A stretch of 63,980 bases of DNA, counting the filler, from Vannella sp. (taxonomy: Eukaryota): the NCBI GenBank assembly GCA_023345925.1. It is 5 parts of 5 records of this genome, joined end to end, with 100 filler letters (N's around TTAATTAATTAA, not from the genome) between each part and the next. Parts side by side here need not be neighbours in the genome. Positions count along the whole stretch, not along the records: positions 1 to 15,241 come from JAJQQN010000877.1; 4 more parts are not named here. One strand, given 5' to 3'. Of the stretch, positions 1 to 11,072 are shown piece by piece (within the stretch, counting starts at the first letter, position 1; each line of letters begins with the position of its first letter). The notes below the pieces were generated by a model. The model made no database searches and was not told the DNA's origin. It saw only the letters and a program-made list of their open reading frames with translations. A program made the position numbers and the translations under genes.

Positions 1-1182
1 GAATAAGATAGTAAGTTAACCGGTTGCTGGTGGCCAGTAAGCCGAAGAACAGGCTTCTTTGCTACAGAAGGCTCCCAGATGTAGCAAGTATTGTCATCCG
101 AGCCTGACACAAGCTTCTCAGGGCCCTGGCCTTTGACTGTGAGATAGCGTTGTAATGCTTTGGTCTTAGCCTCTTCAGGATCAGTTGGAGCGGGCTTCTG
201 GAAGTCAAAGGCGCCAGTACGGAGGGGATAATCCGTATTGAGCACGATCGTGTTGATCCAATGGGCGTGGCCTTCTAACGTTCGAACAAGCTTGCCTTCG
301 ACTTCACTGTAGACCTTGATCGTGCGATCTTGGCTGGCTGTGTAGATCAGACCTTCTCCGCCCCACCGGACACAAGTGATCGACATCCGATGTCCAGCCA
401 GGGAGAACAGACACTTCCGGAGGACGACATCCCACACTCGACCGACTCCATCCTTTCCAACACTGACAAGTCGGTGGCAATGTGCATCACGATGAAGGGG
501 CTCCCAAGCGAGAGAGGTGATGAAGCTCTTATGAGCCTTTGGATTGGAGTACACACAGGTACCAGTCTCTGCCTCCCACACTCGTAGACCTCCAACATAG
601 TCTCCTGTTGCAAACAGCTTCGAGTTAGGAGCCCACTCGACACAGAGAACCCAGTTCTTGTGTCCAGTGAGGGTGTGCTTGGGCGTGCAAGTGTTGATAT
701 CCCACATTCGCACTGTTGTATCACCTGATCCAGTCACCAAGTGCTTACCACAAGGGCTGAAGCGGACGGCAAGGACAGCCTCCTTGTGACCTTCCATGCT
801 GGTGGCGCATCGGGTCACAGGGCGAATGCGGAAGGGAGCTTGTGGGAGAAAGGTGATAGGAATGACGTGTTCGAACACATCACCGCCTGGACGATGGCGT
901 TCTGCAGCGCCTTTGATGTCGGTGGAGACCTCAAAGTCCCCAACTCGGAAATGGTACGCTTCGTGTTCCTCCTACATCCCCTCGGCGTAAGCTTGATGGA
1001 AGAGGAGGATATGAAATACGTGCGTTCTCGAGAAGGCTGTTGAGAAGAGCTTGAAGCTGATCGGGTGTGGTATCTGCAGGAAGGTACACTTGGGGTCCTT
1101 TGATCTCTCCATCGATCGTTAGAAACTGCGCAACCAGGGATCCTTCCGGCTCTTCTGCACTATTGTCATCCATCACGTCCAT
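1..1182 (-). CDS. NLE1: Notchless/Rsa4 WD40 ribosome assembly protein; 3' end runs off the window; GC-AG intron 972-1023
   Basis: N-terminal NLE domain (VAQFLTIDGEIKGPQVYLPADTTPDQLQALLN). After splicing: QAPFRIRPVTRCATSMEGHKEAVL, GSGDTTVRMWD, AWEPLH, WGGEGLIYTASQDRTIKV, GHAHWIN, LVSGSDDNT. Confidence 0.95.
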
Positions 1183-1416
1183 CCTTCGCCCAGATCAGAA
1201 CCAGAAAAGGGTCCCAAACCACCTCACCCACCACAAAGATCTTCAGAAGAATGACCAAATGATCGCTTCTTGAAGGAAATCATTTCAATATTAAAGGGAT
1301 TATTTATCTGGGAAGATTCTATTCGCAACACATTTTCCCAAACGCACAAAATGCAGGAGTTTGATTGGTCGGTTTCATTTGGGATCGATCAACCATTGGT
1401 CAGTTCGTTTTAGCCG

Positions 1417-2673
1417 ATGCCAGGCCACCTGTTGCAGGATCCTTCCACCGAGCATTTGGTGGAGTTTATGCGAGCTCTTCAGGGCGAAGAAACAGGGGCA
1501 CCTATGGTACAGTTCAAGAAGAAGGTGAGACGAGTAGGACAGTTGAAGAGAACGTTCCTCACCAAAAGGGCGAAGGCTTGTGTGGAAGGGAGGAAGTTAG
1601 TTCAATACATCGAAGAGTACTACTCTATCAGTACTTCAATGGCTACAGACACTGCACAGTACCTCCTTGAAGAGGATGTTGTCCAGTGCGTCTCTTTCTC
1701 ATCCCATGTATCATTACAAGCCGCTTCGCAACAGTTTCAAGCTACCAAGGCACTCTATATCGTTACTGAGCCATGGAGCTTGGACCATATCCCTCCTACT
1801 CCAACGTGCCGAACCAACTGGATGTCCGAAGTGGACGTTGCCTCCGTTCTGGCCCGCTTGGGGGATCGTGCGTACCTCAAAAAGAACAAAGTGCCATTCA
1901 CAGAGACAGGAGACCATCTCATCCATGTCTCAGGGAAGGACATCCTCGCATGGGTCCCTGATTTCATCCAAAGGACCCGCGGCGAATGTTATCTTCTACT
2001 ACAAGAGCTCATTGACCAGGACAGCATCCGGGCTCTCGACCTCTGTCCTACTTATCAACAGAGGAACCTTTATCACTGCAAGAAAATGTTCTACAGCGAT
2101 GGAGACATGATGAGCGCTTTCCCTTCTTATTTCCACTCCAGGAAGCTTAGCCAAGAAGTCACTGAGGGATTAGAACAGTCCTCTGAAGGCCTCACTATGC
2201 TACTATGCGACTATTCAGGTCGTTCTGCCTTCCGGGCCTATCTAATGACGAAGCGGTGTCACGAGAATGTCGACTTTTGGTTCGACACTCAAGTCTTCCG
2301 CTATTTAGCGTCTAAGTATGCCACAGTAGACTACAATGGACTTCGTAACATGGCACAGAGAGTAGTAGAGGTGTTTTTGCTCCCTGACTCTCCTGCTGCC
2401 GTCAATGTCGATCACAGAATCACAAAAAACATTCAAAAGAGCCTGAGCGAAGGTGTAGAGCCTGAAATGTTTGATTCTGCTCAGAGTGTTGTGTTCCGCT
2501 TGATGGTTTTTGATGCTTTTCCAAAGTTCCAGGCCACTGACGAGTACTCTCAATACCAGGTCCGCAGGTTTCGAAGGGCTCGCTCAGACAGTCGGAAGTC
2601 CTCCCTTCCCCAGCTACTACGCAGGTGGGGATCCTCAGGATCCCACCATGCAGTGGAGGAGAAAGGAGAATAG
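1417..2673 (+). CDS. RGS protein with two putative N-terminal DEP domains (Sst2/FlbA-like architecture), intronless
   Basis: RGS motifs FRAYLMTKRCHENVDFW, AVNVD, MFDSAQSVVFRLMVFDAFPKF; DEP-like segments CVEGRKLVQYI...AQYLLEEDVV and VSGKDILAWV...LLQELIDQDSI. Confidence 0.8.
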   Translation: MPGHLLQDPSTEHLVEFMRALQGEETGAPMVQFKKKVRRVGQLKRTFLTKRAKACVEGRKLVQYIEEYYSISTSMATDTAQYLLEEDVVQCVSFSSHVSLQAASQQFQATKALYIVTEPWSLDHIPPTPTCRTNWMSEVDVASVLARLGDRAYLKKNKVPFTETGDHLIHVSGKDILAWVPDFIQRTRGECYLLLQELIDQDSIRALDLCPTYQQRNLYHCKKMFYSDGDMMSAFPSYFHSRKLSQEVTEGLEQSSEGLTMLLCDYSGRSAFRAYLMTKRCHENVDFWFDTQVFRYLASKYATVDYNGLRNMAQRVVEVFLLPDSPAAVNVDHRITKNIQKSLSEGVEPEMFDSAQSVVFRLMVFDAFPKFQATDEYSQYQVRRFRRARSDSRKSSLPQLLRRWGSSGSHHAVEEKGE

Positions 2674-2768
2674 TGTTTAAGTCACTTGGCCTCGATTGGG
2701 TTGTTCGTGGATTGTTGTCTTTGATGTTATGTATAAACGAAGGGTTTAGTCACTGTACATTGTGCCAT

Positions 2769-3798
2769 CTATAGAGAGAAGCGGCGGAGTGCTAGGAAGA
2801 GGAGAATGCCAACGAGTAATACCAAGAAGGCATTCAATGTCCACGGAGAGACTCGCACCTCCCTTAGCTCGTGTCTGACAATGTTCCCTTCTGGTGCTAC
2901 TTGGTGTTGCCCCCTGGGATGCTGCTCTTGAGGGGGAATGCGAATTGCTGGTGCCAATCCCTCATTGGCAACCCTCCGTAGACCCTGTGGCTGCTCTTCT
3001 GCAGGAGGAATAGCTTGCTCAACCATCTGACGAAGTGTTTGGTCTGTTTCTGCCTTTCCTTCTGCTTCTGCTTTGGCTTCTGCTTCTGCTTCTGGCTCTT
3101 TGGTAATAGACTTCTCCCCTTCGACAAGCGGGGCGTCTTCTTCCCTCTCCTCCTTGCTTTCGGCTGGCGGTAGAGTCTCTTGGTTGACTCTCTTACATAC
3201 TTCACACTTCCAAGTGAGGGAATCCTTTGCTAACTTGCGCCGAACCGCCTCTGGCTGGTCCATCGAACCCACAGCACCCTCTGCAGGTGATGGCATGAAG
3301 CTTCTGAGTGCCACTAACGCTGTACGGACTAGGAGAGGTGAGCAACTTCAACAGCCAGATCCATCGCAAACAACTTACTGCTCCAAGCAGGCTGCCAGTT
3401 CTCTGGATGATAGGAAGAGTTTGACAAGCATATCTTCTGTCCAGGAACAAACCTTCCACTTGGCTAGAGCATCTTTAGGTTCCTTCTCGGAAGGCAAGTG
3501 CTCACGTACTGTCAAGAAGACGATGTCTGGAGGCTTCAGAGGGTAGTCTATAGGCAGTAACACACGCCCATGATATATGCCACCTTCAAACTCGCTATCA
3601 GGAGATCCCCGCATGGTAAAATGCCACTCAAAGATGTCGTCCTAACCAACAATCAACACTTTCCCACCTTTCCTAGCCAACACTCACATCCAGCGGGGTA
3701 GCAGTGATGTCCCCATCACTCCTACTCAATGACTCCTTCACCTCCCGTAAGATCCGCTTCACAGAGTGATGATTGGCGTTGTACTTGGCAGTGTCCAT
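2769..3798 (-). CDS. UBE2J1: ER-anchored ubiquitin-conjugating enzyme E2 J1/Ubc6 family, 3 introns
   Basis: SVKRILRE, DIFEWHFTMRG..DSEFEGGIYHGR, PSGRF..GQKICLS.SSYHPENWQPAW, C-terminal TM helix. Confidence 0.93.
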
Positions 3799-3928
3799 CT
3801 CCACCAGCTCCCAACGAATGCCACGTGGCACTCCCTCCAACCATCCTTTCCCAATTCAATTGAATGCAGAATAAGCTCGACGAGAATGATTTATTTGGCA
3901 CTTCTTGGAATTGTTGAACATTGTTTGA

Positions 3929-6369
3929 ATGCTGAGGGGAGCACAAGCGGCTGGTCGGAGCCTGGTTGCTGCACGGCTTTGGAGAGGAGAGTCTTACGGT
4001 TCATCGTTGGAGAGGTTTTGGCCTTTGGTGGTGCGGCGGGGAATGGCAGCGGCAGCGGAGGATGAAGACGAGGATGACATCTTTGATGACGATCTCTTTG
4101 ATGCTGGAGGGCGCGATGAGGACGTTCCTTCGTTCACCCCAGCAGCCCCTAAAGTTCCACACAAAGGGAAAGCGAAGAACTCCCCTGCGCCCGGTGCTGG
4201 GGCGGCTGAAGGTCGACCCCAGCAACGTCGCAGGCGCGAACCAATTCGAAGGCGGGTCCCCGAGGAGCACAAGATCCCTAGAGAGGTTGCAGTACCATCA
4301 AACGTTAGCCCGCGCACCCTATCAAACCTATTTGGCGTTCGATGCGTCGATATCCTCAAAGAACTGATCCGCTTAGGGATTAGCGTTCGAACTTCGGACT
4401 TTCCGCTTGATGAGGAGGTAAGTCACCAACTTAGACTTACTCACAACGAGTATCACTGATAATCCATCAGCTTGTGGACCTCCTGGCCCTTGACTACAAC
4501 GTTACGGTGAAGAGAAAGCAGTCCAGTCGGTCACAGTTGATCGTAGATCCCGACACAAGCAAGGTTGGGGACATCAACAAGTTTAAGAAGCGTGCACCGG
4601 TACGTTGCTCCCTTTTGAGGGGACGGAAAGCGCTAAGGCGAGGTCCCTTGGTTTAGATCGTCACGGTCATGGGACACGTCGATCATGGCAAGACGACTCT
4701 TATGGACTGTCTACGCAACACGTCAGTTGCTGCTGGTGAAGCTGGTGGCATTACTCAGCATATCTCGGCCTTTGAAGGTTCGTCTCCTCCTCCTGGCCGA
4801 AGAACCTTCACTCATTGAGCTCTAGTGAAGGCTGGTGACGGTACAATGACATTCATTGATACTCCTGGACATGCTGCTTTCTCTAAGATGCGTCTTAGAG
4901 GCACCCAAGTAGCAGACATTGTGATCCTCGTGATTGCTGCTGATTCTGGCATCCAAGACCAGACTGAGGAGGTGATTAGGAACATCCAAGAGACTGCAGT
5001 TCCCTTTATAGTGGCGCTGAACAAGTGTGACAAGGACAACGCCAATCCGGACAAAGTCATCGAGCAACTATTGACTCGCGGAATCGTCGTGGAAGAGAAG
5101 GGCGGTAACATCCAGTGTGCTCGTATTTCTGCGAAAGAGGGCGAAGGCATTGAGGAGCTTATCCAATGTCTTCAAATCCAGAGCGAGTTTGATAACGAGC
5201 ACCTCTTCGTGAACCAAAAGGCCGCGGCAGAGGCCTACATCCTCGATGTCTTCAAGGAGAAGGGCCACGGAGTGTGTGCGAATGCTTTAGTGTACACTGG
5301 TACTCTGAAGCCCGGTGATGTGTTTGTCTGTGGCACCACGTGGGGGAAGGTCAAGTCAATTATTGGACATGATAACAAGTCACTACCGACTGGTCTCCCT
5401 TCCATCCCCATTAACATTGTGGGCTTCAAGGGAGAAGACTTACCCCAGCCGGGAGATGAACTAATCGTGGTGCCAAAAGAGAAGTTTGCCCAAGAGGTCG
5501 TTAATTATCGCAAGCAGATGAATAGTACAGAAGGCCAAGAAGATCTCATCACAAACCGTGTTCAGACTCTCAATGATGAACGAAGGAGGATGCTTTTGGC
5601 TGCCCGAGAAGGTCTAGACCAAGTCAGAGACTTCCTAGAGGAGACTAAATCTGCCCGCCACTTCAACGAGGAGCACGACAACGAGAAGACTATCAATGTT
5701 ATCATCAGAGCGGATGTTCCTGGCTCTATCGAGGGTCTAGAGAGTGCGATTAGTGAGATCCCAGCGGAGAGATTCGGGTTCGACATTGAAATCATGTCTG
5801 CCAAGATCGGTCCGCTCTCGGAGGCAGACGTGGACGCTGCCAAGTCAGCAAATGCGTATCTGCTCTCTTTTAACCAGAAGACTCCCCATTCTGTGCAAGT
5901 GCATGCTCGTACACACAACGTGACTATCAAGAGCTCCAACATCATCTATTCCGTTGTAGACGAATTGGTGGAAGCCCTTGAAGACCGCCTGCCACGAAGT
6001 GAGAAACAAGAAGTGATGGGCCGAGCTGAAGTCCGAATGTCCTTTACCCTCAGCAAAAACAAGAAGAAGCAGCGAAAGGCCATTGCTGGGTGTTCTGTGG
6101 AGAGTGGCGTGATCGTCCGAAGTGCCAAAGTGCTAGCCCGTCTCATTCGCGGTGGAGAAATCATCGCAACCGGTGCTGTTGAATCGCTGCAGCACTTTAA
6201 AGACTCAGTGAACGAGGTGAAGAAGGGTCAAGAGTGCGGTATTCGCATCGCAGATGTCGAGGAATACGAAGAGTATGATATTATTGAGGTCTATGAAACC
6301 AAGCTCATCAAGACCAAAGTCAACTGGACCTACACCAAGACCGCCAGTGCGTCCCTCCCAAAGGAATAA
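3929..6369 (+). CDS. MTIF2: Mitochondrial translation initiation factor IF-2, 3 introns
   Basis: Arg-rich presequence; [56 protein letters not shown]. Confidence 0.95.
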
Positions 6370-6394
6370 ATCTCAATGTCAATGTCAAGTCTGT

Positions 6395-6793
6395 TTAGAA
6401 GGCGAGCATTCCCATGCACAACACGGCGAAGCTGAGAGTAAGGAAAGCACCTTCGTTAGAGTTAGCGTTAGCACCACCGTTGGCATTCAGAGCAATCACG
6501 GAAGTGACGCCGTCGCCGTTGTCAACGCAGTTTTCGTTGGAGAAAACAGAGACGGAGGCTTTGTGGGCCTCGCAGTCATTTTGGTAAGTGATCCCATCAC
6601 AACCACACGCAACAGCGAATCCGTCGGGGCAGACATCCGGGATGGGAGTGCAAACACCGGAAGAAGCTTTGCAGTCGTAATCAGATCCGCAGAACTCTGC
6701 TTCAGCGCAGTCCTTATTGGAGGTGCAGGAGGTCTGGGCCATAGCGTACCCAACCAACAACATGGAAAACAGCAAAGCAGTAAGGCAGTTCAT
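6395..6793 (-). CDS. Secreted, probably GPI-anchored, Cys-rich Kazal-type domain protein
   Basis: Signal peptide; CGCDGITYQNDCEA Kazal motif; hydrophobic C-terminus after a small-residue spacer. Confidence 0.75.
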   Translation of the reverse strand: MNCLTALLFSMLLVGYAMAQTSCTSNKDCAEAEFCGSDYDCKASSGVCTPIPDVCPDGFAVACGCDGITYQNDCEAHKASVSVFSNENCVDNGDGVTSVIALNANGGANANSNEGAFLTLSFAVLCMGMLAF

Positions 6794-6900
6794 CAGGGCG
6801 GCAACGGAGAGAATGACAAAGTTTCGGGCCGAGCTCGGAGATTGCCACATTGGACCAACCAGAAATCACCGCTCACATCCGGATCGGGTGCATCGCCGAT

Positions 6901-7673
6901 TTATTGCAGAGCGGATGACATAATTATTGCCACTCCCTTTCGGATGAGAAGATCGATAGCATGGAAGCTGGTCGTCTCGTTGACTCCAGCACAGAGATCG
7001 TAAAGGAGGGTAGTAACAAAGTGGGTTGATGCATCGGAAGCAGTCCCAGACACGCAGTAGTCCAGGGCGACACCCGCAATGAAGACTTGAGTGATGCCAC
7101 GCTCCTTCAAATCAGTTGCCAGCCCCGTGTCACGTCCAAGCTCATCACAGAACGCTGAGTAACATTCAGCCCCAGCATCTTCACCCTTTGAGAAGATCCT
7201 GTGCCCCCTATAGAAGCCCTTCTTAAGCTTGGGGCGGTCCGCGGAAGGATTGATCTCTCACTTGGATGGATCAAAGCCCACTTCTGGGTGTATCTCAGCC
7301 CCATTAGTCCCCTGCACACAGTGCGTAGGCCAAAGGGTCTGCTCCTTCCCCCCAAGCTGGCTGCATGGTAAGCCAAGCGCCAAACTGGTTGGAAGCGCGT
7401 ACTGTGTAATGTTCGAGCGGCTTCTTGTTTAGATGGTTCTCAGCGAAAGAACAGTGGTTGGAAGGGTGCCAATCACGAGTAAACAAGACCATATCAAAGG
7501 CAACTCGATCCACCAGCTCCTTAATCGATGGAACGAGTCGTGAGCCCCCTTCCACAGCCTGACGGGCCGATTCTATCAGTATGGAGACCCCCATGACATC
7601 GTTTCCGTACAAGCGAGCCTGTAAGGAAGTCATGCTGCATATCAACGATAATCAACGCTCGCCCCCCTTCCAT
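6901..7673 (-). CDS. PNC1: Nicotinamidase/pyrazinamidase, 3 introns
   Basis: ALIIVDMQHDF, TRDWHPSNHCSF, LWPTHCVQGTNGA, KG...ECYSAF, GVALDYCV. Confidence 0.93.
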
Positions 7674-8040
7674 CACGATGCTCCCTAAGTAATGGCCAGA
7701 CCCATTCAAGCCCACTGGAGTCGGAAGAGCAGAGCGTAGACCTGCTTGGGAACGTCCTCCGGCTGTAACCGCCTGTTCTGTTGAATGGTGAGCTTAGCGG
7801 AAAGGAAGGGAAGAGGGATCGTGTTTGTGTCCTGATGGGATTGAGAGCCAACCCCTTTGAGACTACATCGATAGAAGTACCTAATTCGGGTTCCCCTTCT
7901 CGTGGATTCCCCTGATTCACCATAAACGCGCTTTCTAAACTCGACTGACAATGCGAATGACAAACACCCACAAGCGAGCCCGTAGGAAGCCGTCGATCTT
8001 CGCTCGCCCCCCTCCATGGCCCCGTAAGCAATGGACCAGT

Positions 8041-8856
8041 TCAAGATGAAGAAGCTTCTTTCTGTTGTGAGAGATCCCCTTCCAGCTGGGCTAAACGCAG
8101 TCGGAGGGAGATGTGCTTGACCACCAACTCGTTCCAGGAGAGGCTGGCTTCCTCACCAAGAGTCTGTTCTGTTCGTTTGCGCTGATGCGTAACACGGGTC
8201 CTCATCATACCAATCTCTCCTTGTTCCCGCTCGCGGCGTTGGGTGCGGGTCAACTGTCGTCGTGGGTTGAGGGAGATCCTGCAGATCGTCAATGGGGAGA
8301 CTTAGAGCAGCACCTAGTCCACTTACTGAGATAGATGGGAACGCGGGGGAGGTGCGGCTTCGATGGGGGGAGCTTCTCGCTTCCGCTTTGTTCGTTGTAA
8401 ATGTTGCACTCGGTTGTTTGGCCCTATCTTGGCCATTCCCAGAGACGTGGAGCGCCCCAGTTCACGAGGGAAGGCTTCTATCGATTCTGTTTCACTCTTC
8501 CGCCGGCGATCTTTGAAGAGGCGGAAGTCCTTGATGGAGGTCGTTTGAATCATTTTCTTCAGTTTGGAAGTTCCCCGCGACGTGCTCAACTCCGCCTTTG
8601 GAGAATGGTGAATGTGGCTTATACTATCATGTGATGTAGACTCCCTGTTATGTCTTGGAACGCTCATGAACGGTGAGTCCACCCGTTCTCGCTCCCGAAA
8701 GGAGACGCTTTCCATATCCCTCGCACTCGCAGGCCGCTTCTTATCCGACTTAATAGACTCTTGAGGCCACTCTGCAAACACCACCTTCTCCACCTCCACA
8801 GCCGCCTTGTTTCGAGGTAAACTTCGGGTTCGGGTCAAGGCACGCCCGTCTGGCAT
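8041..8856 (-). CDS. Hypothetical basic, disordered protein with C-terminal coiled coil, 1 intron
   Basis: Two ORFs joined in frame by a canonical GTAAGT...CAG intron (~8279-8326). Confidence 0.5.
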
Positions 8857-8950
8857 TGCCCGAAACCTATTAAATGACTCAAAGTTAAAACTTTCCTTGC
8901 AGATCATAAAGCGAGATCTTAGCGGGGGTATGGGTCCATTCTATTTGGGG

Positions 8951-11051
8951 ATGCCTCCGCGTAAAGGCTCCCGCAAAGGGGTGAAGAGACCATCAAAGAA
9001 GGGAGATCTGGCGGATGCTCCACCGAAGAAGGTGCGGGTGCTGGTAGAGGCGCACCGTGAGCCTATCGTGAGCGCGATCAATCCTCAGACGGGAGAAGAA
9101 GCGCTTGTGTTGTAGGTCGACCCCTTTTGGGAGGATGGCGTCCTTACTGTCGCAGCGATCCAACTCCTGAACAGCGCTTTGCTTCCATAGTAGAAAGGAT
9201 AGACTTTACCAAGTCTTTGGATGAGAATGGCGCTGTCATCAAGACCGATGAGGAACAAGATGACGAGGAAACCCCTCCTCCAAAGCCTGGAGCCGGTAGA
9301 AACCCCCTAGACTGTTGCAGGTAGGGCAACCACTCTTCTGATGCCATTTCTGACCCTCAACAGGTTTGCTGCGGGAGAGATCCAGCAAGTAGCCCGTTTG
9401 CTCCATCTCATGCAAGAGAATCACATTCAGCTCGCTCCTGTCCCTCAAGTAGAACCTAAAGGAGAGGCTGAAATCAACCACAAACTTGCAATTGCAAGGG
9501 ACAATCACTTGGACCTGGAACAAAGGTTGAGGACCTTTGCCGAGGCCTCCAAGCGTTTGAAGGACTACACTGACTTTGCTCGCTCTCGCATGGATCTGCT
9601 GAGAGAGAGAAGACGAGAAGCGCTCGTATTAAGGCGAGATTGGAGACTGGAAGAGACCCGCATTGCGCCATTCGGGGAGATCCGGACGTGGTTTGGTGCC
9701 GACTTCTCATTGCGGTCGTGTGGGTCCACCCTTCCTGGCCTTGCCTTTGTCACTCAAACACCATCTACCACGTCCACTGAAGTGCCACTTCGCCAAGCAA
9801 ACACCTCTCTGAAGTTAGAGCTGACGGACGACATCACGGGAGAGCAAATCACTCAGTCCTTCCTTCCTGAACGCCCTCTGCAAGCGTCTTCCTTCGTGTC
9901 AGGCGTGGAAGGGGTTCAGAGCATGTTGGAGAGCGCTCAGTACAGCATCTTATGCGCTGATCTCCTTCGCCAGTTGAGTGCGGCTGCTGTGAAGGAGGAT
10001 GTGGGGAACCTGATAGTCCGAGAGCGCGAAGTGATCCTACGCACTGCTTTGTCCTCTTCTCTCTCCATTAGCACTGAAGAAGAGAGCCCAACACACCCCA
10101 ACCAAGACAGACAATGGAACAGCGATTTGAGTCTGATCCGCCTCGTCCTCTTCCGGCAGCTCGTGGCGATGTATGAATACGACTTCCATGTTAAGACGTC
10201 GTTCTATACTGCCTCAGGAGGTAATATCCAACCGCCCTCAAAGACTCCACGGCCCTGTCCACTTTCTCACATCAACTTGGTCGCCTCTCACCTCCTCTTC
10301 CGTAAGAGGATCGGTGCTATGATCGATACCATCACCCACGCATTCACCAGGTCAGGCTATCATCAATCTAGCGAGTACGACAAGTATGGTCCATGTCGAT
10401 CTCTGAGGCCTCTTTGGATCTCTACTCGATCGCCAGCCGTCTCTGCAGCGGATATCCTTCTTCAAAACCTGTAAGCGTTCTTCGTACGGGGCCCAGCGAG
10501 CTTGTCTGACAACTGCATGCAGACCCTTTGCTCACTTAGTGATCCGGGGACGAAAAGCGACTCTCAGCTCTGGTGTCGCAAACCAGTCTTTCTCTGATGC
10601 TGAGGAGCTTAAAGATATCCTGCTTGTCCTTATAGCTAAGAGTATCCTCCGCCAGCTCCGTTCTGAATGTACTTCCCAAGGGCTTGCCACCCAAGTGATC
10701 CTTCGGAGCTTCTCTCTGATCTTCCCTCATCTTCTTGAGAAGGAAGGCTATCAACTGTAAGGAACACTGACCGCCCTATCCACTTTTGTGATTGACTGGG
10801 GAGTGACTAGGGAAATAACCATTCGCCCTGATCCATCTTCTCCGTCTCTCCTTCGGGAGCTCATCTCTCTCACCCCGAACCCCTCTCCTCAAGGAGATTC
10901 AGAGACCCTCAGAGAGCATAGCCTAGTTGTGCCCCTCTCCTCTATCCCAGGACGGTCATACGTCACCAAACTGACCTACATTCTCCGCCAATCCAGCCCC
11001 CTTTGGCTTTTTGAGATTTTGCAAAGCTCAGAACCACTTTCTATCGCATAG
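8951..11051 (+). CDS. MED17: Mediator subunit 17, 4 introns
   Basis: LVEAHREPIVSAINPQTGEE...ERIDF N-terminus, EIQQVARLL, LVLRRDWRL; four clean GT-AG introns join the ORFs. Confidence 0.7.
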
Positions 11052-11072
11052 AAATCATTATTCAAACCGCCA

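Noticed and set aside
330..1273. Several short ORFs in the track
   Set aside because: Shadow frames of NLE1, whose long exon is missing from the track because it runs off the window
3051..3095. GCAGAA-type tandem repeats
   Set aside because: Encode the EAEAEAKAEAE linker of UBE2J1
4418..4824. In-frame stops in conserved genes suggesting an alternative genetic code
   Set aside because: All are removed by canonical short introns; TAA, TAG and TGA all serve as true stops in this window
7706..8044. 112-aa and 129-aa minus-strand ORFs
   Set aside because: No recognisable motif or convincing splice to neighbours; cannot support
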